In this document: one piece after another, positions 9,834 through 19,813 of the stretch
Layout: the number at the start of each line of letters is the position of its first letter
How positions within the stretch are numbered: the stretch's first letter is position 1
From: Candidatus Bathyarchaeia archaeon
GTDB lineage: Archaea; Thermoproteota; Bathyarchaeia; Bathyarchaeales; Bathycorpusculaceae
Direction of reading: 5' to 3'
DNA length: 64,000 nt
Assembly (NCBI GenBank): GCA_038883775.1
Contig: JAVZLM010000006.1
Span: 64,001-128,000, forward strand
Made by a program: the position numbers and the translations under genes
The notes under the pieces: model-generated
The model's database searches: none
Seen by the model: only the letters and a program-made list of their open reading frames with translations
What the model was told of the DNA's origin: nothing

Positions 9834-10017
9834 GATTTAACTCTCTTATAAGCTCATTTAGTGGCTTAGTCTTGCCCTCTTCAACTTCTCGCAACGCAAC
9901 TTTCAAATCTTTAACGAGTCTCTTGTCTTGCATAACCTCAAGAGTCTCCAATAATTCATCCATTAAACTAGCAGTCTTTGTCAGCAATTCTTTTTCTTCG
10001 GCTGTTAGGAGAGTCAT
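9817..10017 (-). CDS. Putative RelB-like antitoxin
   Basis: 66 aa, acidic; LLETLEVMQD...ALREVEEGKTKPL pattern typical of archaeal RelE partners. Confidence 0.7.
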   Translation of the reverse strand: MTLLTAEEKELLTKTASLMDELLETLEVMQDKRLVKDLKVALREVEEGKTKPLNELIRELNLEGEI

Positions 10018-10141
10018 TTACCTTTCACAACCTCTCCAAATATAAAATCTCCACAAATGTTTTAACTCTTACTCTCAAGGTGAGAACCGCAAAATGTTTG
10101 CTTGTAAATTTGTGCGCTGTTCCGCTAGGAGCACTCACATT

Positions 10142-11347
10142 TTAGGGTAATGCGATTGCGTCTCTTGTTAGTATAGGTATTTCGTCCTTTTTTATACTCA
10201 TTAGATCGAGGTATTTCATGGCGTTACCAGTTAAATATAGAAGTACACTTTCGTTCTTGTCGATGGTTCCGTCATTTTCGAGTTTGTTTAATGCTGTTAG
10301 GGTTGCAGATGCTTCTGGACACGCATATATGCCATTTTTAAGAAAAGTCTTCATCGAAGCGATTATTTCTGTGTCATCAACTGCCACTGCCATGCCTTTC
10401 GTTTCTCTGATTGCTCGTAATACAAGATAGCTTGCATAGGGACGGGGAACCCTTAAACCAGCCGCTATGGTTTCAGCGTTTTCCCAAGCCTCCTTCACTT
10501 CCGCCTCTCCGTTGTTATATGCCTTAACCAAGGGAGCGCAACCAGTAGACTGAACAATGATTAGGCGTGGAACCTTTTTTGTCCAGCCGAGTTCGATTAA
10601 ATCTTTGAAGCCTTTCCAAAGTCCTATTATTCCTTCGCCTCCGCCTGTTGGGAAGATTATGTTGTCTGGTAAATCCCAATTGAACTGCTCTGCAATTTCA
10701 AAGGCCATGGCTTTGTAGCCTTCATATCTGTATGGTTGCTTGTTGGTTGAAATGTCTACCCATCCATATTCTTTTCCAAACTTTTTCACCATGTCCGCAG
10801 CGTCATTTATCAAACCGTCAACAAGGTATACTTTAGCGCCCATGAAAACGCATTCTTTAATGTTGCTTTCTGGTGCATCCTTCGGCATAAAAACATAAAC
10901 TTCCATTCCAGCCTTTACTCCATAAGCAGCCAAAGCCGCAGCGGCATTCCCAGCAGAGGGCAAGGCAACCCGTTTAACTTTTAACTCTTTAAGCTTAGAA
11001 ACTGCCACTGCCATTCCTCTGGCTTTAAAGGTTCCAGTGGGGAGCCTTCCATCATCTTTTAAAAAGACTTTTGAAATCGTCTTGGTGCTCCTTTGAAATT
11101 GTAGTATAGGTGTGTATGGTTCTCCTAATGAGACGATGTTGTTAGGCGATGATAGGGGAAGCAGTTCTCGGAATTTCCAAAAAGTATCTTCTCTATTCTC
11201 TAAATCATGTTTGGAAACCTTCTCAGCAACTTTTGCTAAATCATAATGGAATAAGAGCGCGCCGCCACATTTTGGGCATACTGTTAAAATATTGTCGGAC
11301 GGGTAAACTTCTCCACATCTGCTACACTCAGCCCCAATTGTAAACAT
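10142..11347 (-). CDS. thrC: Threonine synthase
   Basis: N-terminal CxxC/CPxCGG, PTGTFKARG PLP lysine, SAGNA, PTGGG. Confidence 0.88.
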   Translation of the reverse strand: MFTIGAECSRCGEVYPSDNILTVCPKCGGALLFHYDLAKVAEKVSKHDLENREDTFWKFRELLPLSSPNNIVSLGEPYTPILQFQRSTKTISKVFLKDDGRLPTGTFKARGMAVAVSKLKELKVKRVALPSAGNAAAALAAYGVKAGMEVYVFMPKDAPESNIKECVFMGAKVYLVDGLINDAADMVKKFGKEYGWVDISTNKQPYRYEGYKAMAFEIAEQFNWDLPDNIIFPTGGGEGIIGLWKGFKDLIELGWTKKVPRLIIVQSTGCAPLVKAYNNGEAEVKEAWENAETIAAGLRVPRPYASYLVLRAIRETKGMAVAVDDTEIIASMKTFLKNGIYACPEASATLTALNKLENDGTIDKNESVLLYLTGNAMKYLDLMSIKKDEIPILTRDAIALP

Positions 11348-11489
11348 ATGGTTTCCCGAACAATTGTAAGAAGGAAATTCTTTAAGTTTATTGCGAAAAA
11401 CTGTTAAACCATAAGCATACTTTACATAAAACTCAAATAGAAGGTTGTTCCTATCGATAAATCTTCAATTTTAAAACGGAGATGAAGAA

Positions 11490-13025
11490 ATGACCGAAAA
11501 AGCACCATCAAGTTACAAAAAGCTGATGGAAAAAGTCAAGGATTTACTAACCCTTCAATCCGCCATTGCAATCATTCACTGGGACATGGAGACAATGATG
11601 CCGCCAAAAGCAATCGCGTTACGAAGCCAACAATTAGCCCTTCTCAGCCGAATCGAACATAGAATGAGCACGGATCCGGAAATAGGTAAGCTATTGGAAG
11701 AAATTATGCGCCCTTCAGAATATGAAAAGCTTGACGCTGTCCAGAAAAGAAATGTGTATTTGACAAAGAAGCAGTATGATGAAAAGACAAAGCTTCCAGA
11801 AGAACTCGTTGCAGAAATTGCAAAACAACAGGCTATAACTGTGGATGTTTGGAAAAAAGCCAAAGCAGCCAAAAACTTCGCTATGTTCAAGCCTGAACTT
11901 GAAAAACTTGTCGAATTAGAAAAGAAGGCTGCAGAAATTTTAATGAAAGTAAAGGAAACTGCCACGCCATATGATGCGCTAATAGATATTTTTGAACCAA
12001 AAATGACAGCGAAAACAATAACAAAGGTATTCAATGAGTTAAGAGAAGGCTTAGTTTCACTGCTAAAGAAATGTGAAAATGCTCCAAAACAACCCGACAT
12101 AAGCATTCTTAAACGCAAAGTTCCAATCGATGTGCAGAAGAAAATTGCTAAAACTCTTGCCGAAGTTGTCGGTTATGATATAGAGTCAAGAGAAGCTGGA
12201 GGAAGAATTGACGAAACAGAGCACCCTTTCACAACAGGTTATTATGATGATGTGCGGATAACCACGCATTATTATGAAGACAACTTTACATCTTCAATAT
12301 TTTCAGTATTGCACGAAGCAGGACACGCTATCTACGAACAAAACTTGAAAAAGGAGTGGATGTTTCAGCCTGTTGGAACAAGCTGCTCTTCAGGCTTCCA
12401 CGAATCTCAATCCCGATTTATAGAAAATATAATCGGTAGGTCCCGTGAATTTTGGATTTATTTCCTGCCAAAAATGAAAGAAATTATGGGCAGCATCCTT
12501 TCTGACGTAAACTTGGACACCTTTGTCCACGCCGTTAATCAAGTTACGCCCTCAAAGATCCGCGTTGAAGCCGACGAAGTAACATATGGACTTCACATAA
12601 TAATAAGGTTCAACATGGAAAAAGAACTTTTCGCCGACAAAATAATGGTGAAAGAACTTCCAGAAATATGGAATCAAAATTACAAGGAATATTTAGGAGT
12701 TAAAATCGAAAACGACTCGGAAGGCGTAATGCAGGACACCCACTGGGCCAGCGGATTGTACGGTTACTTCCCAAGCTATGCACTAGGCAATATTTATAGT
12801 GGGCAAATCCTCGCAACCATGGAAAAAGATCTTAAAAACTGGAAAGAACAAATTGCAAAAGGAAACATTAAGGAAGTGAAGGGGTGGCTTGTCAAAAACG
12901 TTCACTCATACGGAAACCTTTACGATCCAGAAGACCTTATAAAAAAGATTACTGGAAAAGGATTAAGCGTTAAACCATACTTAAACTATTTGGGCGAAAA
13001 ATACTCTAGACTTTACGGCTTTTAA
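11490..13025 (+). CDS. Carboxypeptidase, M32 family
   Basis: HPF, DVRITT, HEAGH, HESQ, IRVEADE, QD-HW, GYFPSYALG. Confidence 0.95.
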   Translation: MTEKAPSSYKKLMEKVKDLLTLQSAIAIIHWDMETMMPPKAIALRSQQLALLSRIEHRMSTDPEIGKLLEEIMRPSEYEKLDAVQKRNVYLTKKQYDEKTKLPEELVAEIAKQQAITVDVWKKAKAAKNFAMFKPELEKLVELEKKAAEILMKVKETATPYDALIDIFEPKMTAKTITKVFNELREGLVSLLKKCENAPKQPDISILKRKVPIDVQKKIAKTLAEVVGYDIESREAGGRIDETEHPFTTGYYDDVRITTHYYEDNFTSSIFSVLHEAGHAIYEQNLKKEWMFQPVGTSCSSGFHESQSRFIENIIGRSREFWIYFLPKMKEIMGSILSDVNLDTFVHAVNQVTPSKIRVEADEVTYGLHIIIRFNMEKELFADKIMVKELPEIWNQNYKEYLGVKIENDSEGVMQDTHWASGLYGYFPSYALGNIYSGQILATMEKDLKNWKEQIAKGNIKEVKGWLVKNVHSYGNLYDPEDLIKKITGKGLSVKPYLNYLGEKYSRLYGF

Positions 13026-13201
13026 ACCCAAACCTTTTCTTTATTTTTTAAATTCGACAAAACTCCGAGCATATAAATGCCTCAAATCCGACATAACCGA
13101 CACAAAAATGCAAAGCAAAGAAGAACAGGGTTTTTATATCACGCATTACCGACAGTTTTATATATGGCTTGTAAGAGATTACCTCTATTGGTGAATTTAA
13201 A

Positions 13202-14659
13202 ATGTCGGAATACAATTTCAAAAAACCAGAATCAAGAGAAGAGCTTATCAGAGTGTTGACGGATGCCGCCAGAAGAGAAATGCAAGAACGACTTCGCACC
13301 AAGGAAAAACCGACAAAACCTACAGTTTCTGGGACGGCGAAAATTTTAAACATACATAGGGATACTCTTTATACTTGGCTTAAGGAGTTTAATGTCGATT
13401 TTGATGATATTTGTAAACAAGTGTCTACACAAGTTTTGTCGGAAACCGTCGAAATGCCTGGAAAATACACTTATCTAATTGGCGAAGCCCTTGTAGGAGA
13501 GGGCAATGAGGTTGCACATATCGATCTTTTGATAGGGGATAAGGAGGGTCCTGTGGGAGAAGCTTTTGCTCAAGGGCTTTCTAATCTTTCTATGGGGCAC
13601 ACGCCATTATTAGCAGTTATAAGGCCTAATCTTCCGCCAAAGCCTCATACGTTGCTTGTGCCGAAGGTTACTGTGCATCGTTTGGAAGACGCAAACAAGA
13701 TTTTTGGTCCAGCGCAGGCTGCTGTGGCTAAGGCTGTTGCGGATGCTGTTGAGGAGGGGATTATTCCTAAAGAGAAAGTGGATGATTGGGTTATAATTTG
13801 CAGTGTTTTCATACATCCACAAGCAAGCGATTACCGAAAAATATACCATTACAATTATGGGGCAACCAAGCTGGCTTTGAAGAGGGCGTTGGCAAAGTAT
13901 CCTTCGTTAGAGAAAGTTTTCTATGATAAGGATAGGGCTAAACATCCTATAATGGGATTCAAAGTGCCGCGCCTTTGGAGACCCCCTTATTTGCAAATTT
14001 CTTTGGATATACCAGATTTGGATAAGACTAAGAAGATTATAGCTCAGATTCCCAGAAGCGACAGAATAATATTGGAGGCTGGGACGCCGCTAATTAAGCG
14101 ATATGGAACAAGGGTGATAAGCGACCTTCGAGATGTCGCCAAAGATGTTTTCTTCATTGCGGACTTAAAAACTTTAGATGTTGGAAAGGTTGAGGTGGAC
14201 TTGGCTTATGATGAAACCGCAGATGCCGTTATCGCTGCTGGATTAGCGCCAGAAGAAACCCTTAACGCCTTCATTCACGAAGCAAAAAGGCTTGGAATAT
14301 ATGCTGTGGTGGATATGCTAAACGTAGAAGATCCCATCAAAAAATTGAAGACGCTTAGAGAATTCCCTGACGTAATAATCTTGCATAGAGGAATAGATGA
14401 AGAAACTGGACGGACAATAGGATTAGAACTTATACCAGAACTAAGGAAAACTTTCAGCGACAAGCGCTTTCTGATTGCTGTGGCAGGCGGTATAGTGCCA
14501 GAGACTGCGAAAGAGGCTTTGGAAAAAGGTGCTGATATAATCATTGTTGGAAGGTATGTTACGCAGTCAAAGGACATTGAAAGGGCTGTGAGGGACTTCC
14601 TTGAGCTTACGCCTTCAATGCGAGAAGATATAGACTTGTTCCGAGTTCACGTAGAATAG
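13202..14659 (+). CDS. fae-hps: Bifunctional formaldehyde-activating enzyme / 3-hexulose-6-phosphate synthase with extra N-terminal HTH
   Basis: Fae: [28 protein letters not shown]; HPS: [26 protein letters not shown]; about 85-aa N-terminal extension. Confidence 0.92.
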   Translation: MSEYNFKKPESREELIRVLTDAARREMQERLRTKEKPTKPTVSGTAKILNIHRDTLYTWLKEFNVDFDDICKQVSTQVLSETVEMPGKYTYLIGEALVGEGNEVAHIDLLIGDKEGPVGEAFAQGLSNLSMGHTPLLAVIRPNLPPKPHTLLVPKVTVHRLEDANKIFGPAQAAVAKAVADAVEEGIIPKEKVDDWVIICSVFIHPQASDYRKIYHYNYGATKLALKRALAKYPSLEKVFYDKDRAKHPIMGFKVPRLWRPPYLQISLDIPDLDKTKKIIAQIPRSDRIILEAGTPLIKRYGTRVISDLRDVAKDVFFIADLKTLDVGKVEVDLAYDETADAVIAAGLAPEETLNAFIHEAKRLGIYAVVDMLNVEDPIKKLKTLREFPDVIILHRGIDEETGRTIGLELIPELRKTFSDKRFLIAVAGGIVPETAKEALEKGADIIIVGRYVTQSKDIERAVRDFLELTPSMREDIDLFRVHVE

Positions 14660-14771
14660 TCTTTGCTAACTCCATATTTCATGATGCTTGTCTCTCGCAA
14701 GTTTCTCAATTTTTCGTAAATCCTTAATAGAGAGAAGTTTAACTTTCATAACACTACGGAGAAAACCATTC

Positions 14772-15212
14772 ATGCCAAAGTTCAAAGTAATCATATCAGA
14801 CCCGGAAACCGGAACATCAAAAAGTGTGGAGCTTGAAGAAGCTCGAGCGCTTCCATTGATTGGAAAGAAAATAGGCGATATAGTAGACGGCTCAATAGTG
14901 GATTTGCCCGGTCATAAAATACAGATTATGGGTGGTTCCGACAAGGATGGTTTTCCAATGAGACCAAACGTTCATGGAGGAGTTCGCAGAAAAGTGATTC
15001 TAAGCGGAGGGGTAGGATTCAACCCAAAGAGTGAGGGGGCTAGGAGACGTAAAACAATTCGTGGAAACGTAATAACTGATGAAATTGTGCAAGTAAACAT
15101 AAAAATTGTTGAGAAGCCAAAAAAGCCTAAGGAGAAAAAGAAAGCAAAGGAAGAGAAGGAAAAAGTAGCAGAAGAGGCATCGGAAACAAGGCTAAGCGAC
15201 CAAGAAGCGTAG
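14772..15212 (+). CDS. rps6e: 30S ribosomal protein eS6
   Basis: MPKFKVIISDP, GGSDKDGFPM, RRKTIRGN; start reassigned to 14772. Confidence 0.95.
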   Translation: MPKFKVIISDPETGTSKSVELEEARALPLIGKKIGDIVDGSIVDLPGHKIQIMGGSDKDGFPMRPNVHGGVRRKVILSGGVGFNPKSEGARRRKTIRGNVITDEIVQVNIKIVEKPKKPKEKKKAKEEKEKVAEEASETRLSDQEA

Positions 15213-15281
15213 AGTCAACATTTATTAGCTTGCATAGGTTTAACCATTCTAATAATTTGTAAGATTTATGGGAAAAGAAAA

Positions 15282-16532
15282 ATGAGTAGCGAAAAACGCA
15301 CCGGCATACCAAAACAACCTGAAATTAACATAGGCACTATAGGGCATGTTGACCATGGCAAAACAACGCTGGTGCAAGCGTTGACTGGTGTTTGGGCTTC
15401 AAGGCATAGTGAAGAATTGAAGAGGGGCATAACAATAAAATTGGGATACGCAGACATGCCAGTTTACAAATGCCCAAAATGCGAACCGCCCAAAAATTAT
15501 TCCACAAAACCAGTTTGCCCAAACTGCAATTCAAAAACAACTTTTGAAAGAGCCATAAGTTTCGTTGACGCCCCAGGACATGAGGCATTAATGGCGACCA
15601 TGCTTTCAGGAGCAGCAATAATGGATGGCGCAATACTTGTGATAGCCGCTGATGAGCCATGTCCTCAACCGCAAACCAGAGAACATCTTGCAGCCGCCGA
15701 GATTATAGGCATAAAGAACATAGTTATCGTACAGAACAAAATTGATATTGTGGACGAGAAAAGAGCACGTGAAAACTATAATGAAATCAAGAATTTTGTT
15801 AAGGGAACAGTTGCTGAAAACGCTCCAATAATTCCTGTTTCGGCACAGCGTGGAGTCAACATAGATGTTCTCATACAAGCAATTGAAGAGTTTATACCAA
15901 CGCCAAAAAGAGACGAAACAAAACATCCACTTATGTATGTGGTTCGCTCCTTCGACGTTAACAAGCCAGGCACCCCGATTGAAAAGTTGGAAGGCGGCGT
16001 AATTGGGGGGACAATACTTCAGGGCAAATTTGCCGTGGGTGATGAAATTGAAATTCGCCCAGGAGTCATTTTGGAGAAAGAGGGAAAAGGTAACTATAAT
16101 CCGCTTTTCAGCCAAATTGTGAGTTTGCATGCTGGTGGAAGAAGCGTAAATGACGCCCATTGCGGCGGACTCGTAGGTGTCGGAACCCTCTTGGACCCAT
16201 CATTTTCAAAAGCTGATGGCTTAACTGGAAACATTGCTGGAAAATCGGGAATGCTACCGCCAACATTGTCGGAGTTAACATTAGAAACAAATGTTTTGGA
16301 ACGGGTGGTTGGAACGAAAGAACTTTTGAAAGTTGAAGAAATAGGCATGAACGAAAACCTCCTTTTGCATGTTGGCGCCGCCATAACCCTCGGAAAAGTA
16401 ATTTCAGTGAAGGGAGAAAAGGTTACAGTTAAGCTTACAAGACCAGTATGCGCACAAAAGGGTTCTAGAGTGGCGCTAAGCAGAAAAATTGCTGGAAGAT
16501 GGAGACTCATCGGATACGGAATGATACAGTAA
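15282..16532 (+). CDS. eif2g: Translation initiation factor 2 gamma subunit
   Basis: QPEINIGTIGHVDHGKTT, RGITIKLGY, DAPGHE, QNKID, WRLIGYG. Confidence 0.97.
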   Translation: MSSEKRTGIPKQPEINIGTIGHVDHGKTTLVQALTGVWASRHSEELKRGITIKLGYADMPVYKCPKCEPPKNYSTKPVCPNCNSKTTFERAISFVDAPGHEALMATMLSGAAIMDGAILVIAADEPCPQPQTREHLAAAEIIGIKNIVIVQNKIDIVDEKRARENYNEIKNFVKGTVAENAPIIPVSAQRGVNIDVLIQAIEEFIPTPKRDETKHPLMYVVRSFDVNKPGTPIEKLEGGVIGGTILQGKFAVGDEIEIRPGVILEKEGKGNYNPLFSQIVSLHAGGRSVNDAHCGGLVGVGTLLDPSFSKADGLTGNIAGKSGMLPPTLSELTLETNVLERVVGTKELLKVEEIGMNENLLLHVGAAITLGKVISVKGEKVTVKLTRPVCAQKGSRVALSRKIAGRWRLIGYGMIQ

Positions 16533-16943
16533 ATGAAACCATCAGACAAAAATGCAATAAAAGTGATTTTAGATTCAAACGCGTTATTTGTCCCGCTTCA
16601 ATTCAAAATTGACATTTTTGAAGAATTACAAACGCTGTTAAATAGGAAATTTGAGCCCATTTTGCTTTTACCTGTTAAACGTGAGCTTGAAAGGCTGGTG
16701 AATGAGGGTTCTCCGAAAATGAGGAAGAATGCTTCTTTTGCTTTGAGTCTTGCTGAAAAATGTAAGTTAATTAATGATGAATTTACAGCATCTTCTGACG
16801 AGGCAGTTATTCAAGCTGCTAAAAAATGGAGTTGCCCAGTGTTTACGAATGATAGATTGTTGCGGAAGAGGCTAAGAAATATAAATGTGCCAGTTATTTA
16901 TGTGAGGCAAAAGTCGCGTTTAGAAATTGACGGGAGGATATAA
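16533..16943 (+). CDS. PIN-domain protein (Fcf1/Utp24-like)
   Basis: VILDSNAL, FTND-LRKRL; conserved position after aIF2gamma. Confidence 0.9.
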   Translation: MKPSDKNAIKVILDSNALFVPLQFKIDIFEELQTLLNRKFEPILLLPVKRELERLVNEGSPKMRKNASFALSLAEKCKLINDEFTASSDEAVIQAAKKWSCPVFTNDRLLRKRLRNINVPVIYVRQKSRLEIDGRI

Positions 16944-16947
16944 CTCC

Positions 16948-17532
16948 TTGTTTAAGCTTATAACATTGGAAGATACAATTCGCATTCCACCTGAAACCTT
17001 CGGCAACCCCTTAGAGGCAGTAGGTTATCAACAGGTTAAAGCAAAATATGAAGGGGTTGTGGACGAAGAATTAGGATATGTAATAGCTGTAACCGAAGTG
17101 AAAGTAAGCCCCATTGGAAAAATAATTCCAGGCGACGGCGCAGCATATCATAAAGTAACCTTTTCCCTACTAACATTCTATCCCAAAATTCAAGAAGTGG
17201 TGGAAGGAGAAGTTGTTGAAGTAGCTGATTTTGGTGCTTTCGTGCGCATAGGTCCCATTGATGCTTTATTGCATGTTTCGCAGCTTATGGATGACTTTAT
17301 TTCATACGATGAGAAACAGGGAGTCCTTTTTGGAAAGGAAACTAAGCGAAAACTTGCAAGCGGCGACCAAGTTCGTGTTCGAATAACAGCTGTCTCGCTA
17401 ACAAGGGCTGGAAGCTCAGGAAAAATAGGTGTGACAGCAAGACAGCCTTTCCTCGGCAAGTTGGAGTGGATTGATGAGGATGTAGAGAAAATAAAGAAGA
17501 AACCAGAGAAAGAGGAGAAAGTCAAAAAGTAG
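16948..17532 (+). CDS. rpoE1: RNA polymerase subunit Rpo7 (E')
   Basis: IRIPP, GKIIPGDG, FGAFVRIGPIDALLHVSQ, RQPFLGK; TTG start after GGGAGG. Confidence 0.95.
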   Translation: MFKLITLEDTIRIPPETFGNPLEAVGYQQVKAKYEGVVDEELGYVIAVTEVKVSPIGKIIPGDGAAYHKVTFSLLTFYPKIQEVVEGEVVEVADFGAFVRIGPIDALLHVSQLMDDFISYDEKQGVLFGKETKRKLASGDQVRVRITAVSLTRAGSSGKIGVTARQPFLGKLEWIDEDVEKIKKKPEKEEKVKK

Positions 17533-17547
17533 AGAAAGGGTGGTTGA

Positions 17548-17733
17548 ATGAGTGAAAAAGCCTGTGCAACATGCCATTTCATAACAAAAGAAAACGTATG
17601 CCCAAAATGTAAAACCTCATCCCTAAGCGACGACTTCAGCGGAATAGTAATAGTTTTTGACCCAGAAAACTCAGCTATTGCAAAAGCCATGAACATTAAA
17701 GAGAAGGGACGCTATGCATTAAAGGTTAGGTAG
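17548..17733 (+). CDS. spt4: Transcription elongation factor Spt4 (RpoE'')
   Basis: ACATC...CPKC...SAIAK...GRYALKVR. Confidence 0.95.
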   Translation: MSEKACATCHFITKENVCPKCKTSSLSDDFSGIVIVFDPENSAIAKAMNIKEKGRYALKVR

Positions 17734-18267
17734 ATGAACAATTTATACACTTTAACGCCAGAGTTGCGCATCAAACTTAAGAAGCCCTTAGGTACATTAA
17801 TTCGAGGCTCATATACTGAAACAATGAAAAAACTTTTGGACATGATAAGGGAGGAAAAACCATCAACAATAATTTCTGTTGGAGACACTGTTTCAAAAAA
17901 TATTGCAGAAAATCATGTAATGCCCCAATTAGCGATAGTGGATAACAAAGTCATGAGAAAGAACATCCAGCCAATTCCAACTACAGCAGAAAAAATCATC
18001 TATGTCAAAAATCCTCCTGGAACAATAACTGAAGAGGCAGTAGCAGCCATTCAAACAGCATTAAAAAGCAATTGCCACGTCAAAATAGTCGTAGATGGAG
18101 AAGAAGACCTCTTAGCCCTCATTGCCGTTTTACATGCACCCGAAAGTGCTTTTGTTATTTACGGACAACCTTACGAAGGCATAGTAATCGTTAAAGCCAC
18201 ATCAAAGAAAAAGGCTGAGGTTTCCGAAATTTTGAAATCGATGAAAACCGCTCGAAAAACTAAATAA
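17734..18267 (+). CDS. GTP-dependent dephospho-CoA kinase (DUF359)
   Basis: VGD, NPPGTIT, VDGEEDL, YGQP; conserved operon position. Confidence 0.9.
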   Translation: MNNLYTLTPELRIKLKKPLGTLIRGSYTETMKKLLDMIREEKPSTIISVGDTVSKNIAENHVMPQLAIVDNKVMRKNIQPIPTTAEKIIYVKNPPGTITEEAVAAIQTALKSNCHVKIVVDGEEDLLALIAVLHAPESAFVIYGQPYEGIVIVKATSKKKAEVSEILKSMKTARKTK

Positions 18268-18310
18268 GAAGGGATTATATTCAATCAACAACCACATTTG
18301 AGGAGCCGAC

Positions 18311-18622
18311 ATGGACATTAAGATAATTTCCGACAAAAAGAACCCATTACTAAAAAGGAGAGAAGTTGAGTTCCAAGTGGAACACACGCAGATGGGAAGC
18401 ACGCCACATAGGCTGGAGGTTAGAAAGGCTTTGGCTAGTGCTTTAAAGGCAAATATAGATTTGGTTGTTATCAAAAAATTTGAAACCAAAACTGGAACGA
18501 ATACTGCCATTGGGATGGCAAATGTTTATGATTCTGCTGAGCAGTTAAAACTTATCGAACCCGAATATATTATTAAGCGGAATTTTCCCGCTGAAAAACC
18601 AAAGGAAGAAGAAAAGGGATAA
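18311..18622 (+). CDS. rps24e: 30S ribosomal protein eS24
   Basis: NPLLKRRE, TP-R, G-A-VYDS, EPEY. Confidence 0.95.
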   Translation: MDIKIISDKKNPLLKRREVEFQVEHTQMGSTPHRLEVRKALASALKANIDLVVIKKFETKTGTNTAIGMANVYDSAEQLKLIEPEYIIKRNFPAEKPKEEEKG

Positions 18623-18624
18623 AC

Positions 18625-18867
18625 ATGAGCGAAAAAACCGAAGAAGCACCGGAAGAGAAGAAGGAAGCTGAAAAAGCAGCCAAGGCTGAAAAGAGGAAGA
18701 AAAGGAAAAAGGGACTTTTCTCATTATATAAAATTGAAAAGGATAAAGTTGTAAGACTGCGCCCAACATGCGAGCGGTGCGGACCAGGATATTTTATGGC
18801 TGACCATGGCGACAGATATACTTGCGGACATTGCGGTTTTACACGGTATAAACCCGCTGAAAAGTGA
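18625..18867 (+). CDS. rps27ae: 30S ribosomal protein eS31 (S27ae)
   Basis: CERCGPGYFMADHGDRYTCGHCGFT. Confidence 0.95.
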   Translation: MSEKTEEAPEEKKEAEKAAKAEKRKKRKKGLFSLYKIEKDKVVRLRPTCERCGPGYFMADHGDRYTCGHCGFTRYKPAEK

Positions 18868-18912
18868 ACAACTTTAAATCATGCGAACGCTTGATAATTT
18901 CAGATGACCTAA

Positions 18913-19335
18913 ATGATTAGAGTAAATGTTTCCATAAATAATGTTTCAGCCGAACGCTTTTGGGACTTTCGAAAGCCCATTCCACCAGTCCAAATAAACA
19001 CAAACCTAAACCTTTTGGGAATGGAGAAAAAACCAGACGCTCTAGAAGTCCCCTTCGTTTTAACAATCAGCTTCAACCCTTCTATAGCTCAGATAAGCCT
19101 AAAAGGCAGAGCCTACGTGGTTGGAGACGCAAACGATATTGATAAAATCTACAAAGATTACGAGGAGAAAAAGCCACCACCACCAGTCATAGTGCAGTCC
19201 ATTTCTAACGTTGTCTTCATAGAATCTGTAATAATATCTAAGACATTAAATATTCCGCCGCCAATTCCGTTACCGCAAATACCAGAAGCTAAACAGCCCA
19301 GCAAAAAGCCTTCAGAAAGGGATTACAGCGCCTAA
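18913..19335 (+). CDS. Conserved hypothetical protein (beta-strand-rich N-half, C-terminal helix and PPPIPLP)
   Basis: 140-aa ORF with normal codon usage. Confidence 0.75.
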   Translation: MIRVNVSINNVSAERFWDFRKPIPPVQINTNLNLLGMEKKPDALEVPFVLTISFNPSIAQISLKGRAYVVGDANDIDKIYKDYEEKKPPPPVIVQSISNVVFIESVIISKTLNIPPPIPLPQIPEAKQPSKKPSERDYSA

Positions 19336-19348
19336 AATTTAAGAAATG

Positions 19349-19753
19349 CTACTTTAAGGGAACATACATGGAAGAGCGGGAAGCGCCTATACCGGGAGTT
19401 CCATGCTTTACTGGTTTATTTGTAATTGCAAACTCGCCAAGATAATGCCCAATCATTTCTGGCTTAATTTCAACGGGAACGAATTCCTTGCCATTGTGAA
19501 CAAATATTGTAAGTCCAACCATTTCGGGAAGAATAATCATGTCCCGCACATGAGTCTTAACCTTTATACTGCTTCCTTTTCTAAGGGCTTCTTTTGCTTC
19601 TCTTATTTTTTCAAGCAATATTCTCTGCTCAGGAGTTAAGCCCCGCTGGAAACTTCTTCTTTGCCTTGAAGGCAACAGATTTATGAACTCGTCCATGGAC
19701 AGATTTTGCAGTTGGTTAAGAGTGTATCCGCGGTAAGTGAATTCCTTGGGCAT
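19349..19753 (-). CDS. rps19p: 30S ribosomal protein uS19
   Basis: [38 protein letters not shown]. Confidence 0.97.
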   Translation of the reverse strand: MPKEFTYRGYTLNQLQNLSMDEFINLLPSRQRRSFQRGLTPEQRILLEKIREAKEALRKGSSIKVKTHVRDMIILPEMVGLTIFVHNGKEFVPVEIKPEMIGHYLGEFAITNKPVKHGTPGIGASRSSMYVPLK

Positions 19754-19813
19754 TTTATCACTCCATTATGATTGCAGTAACATTAAATGCTATAAACCTT
19801 CTGTTGTTTTCAA

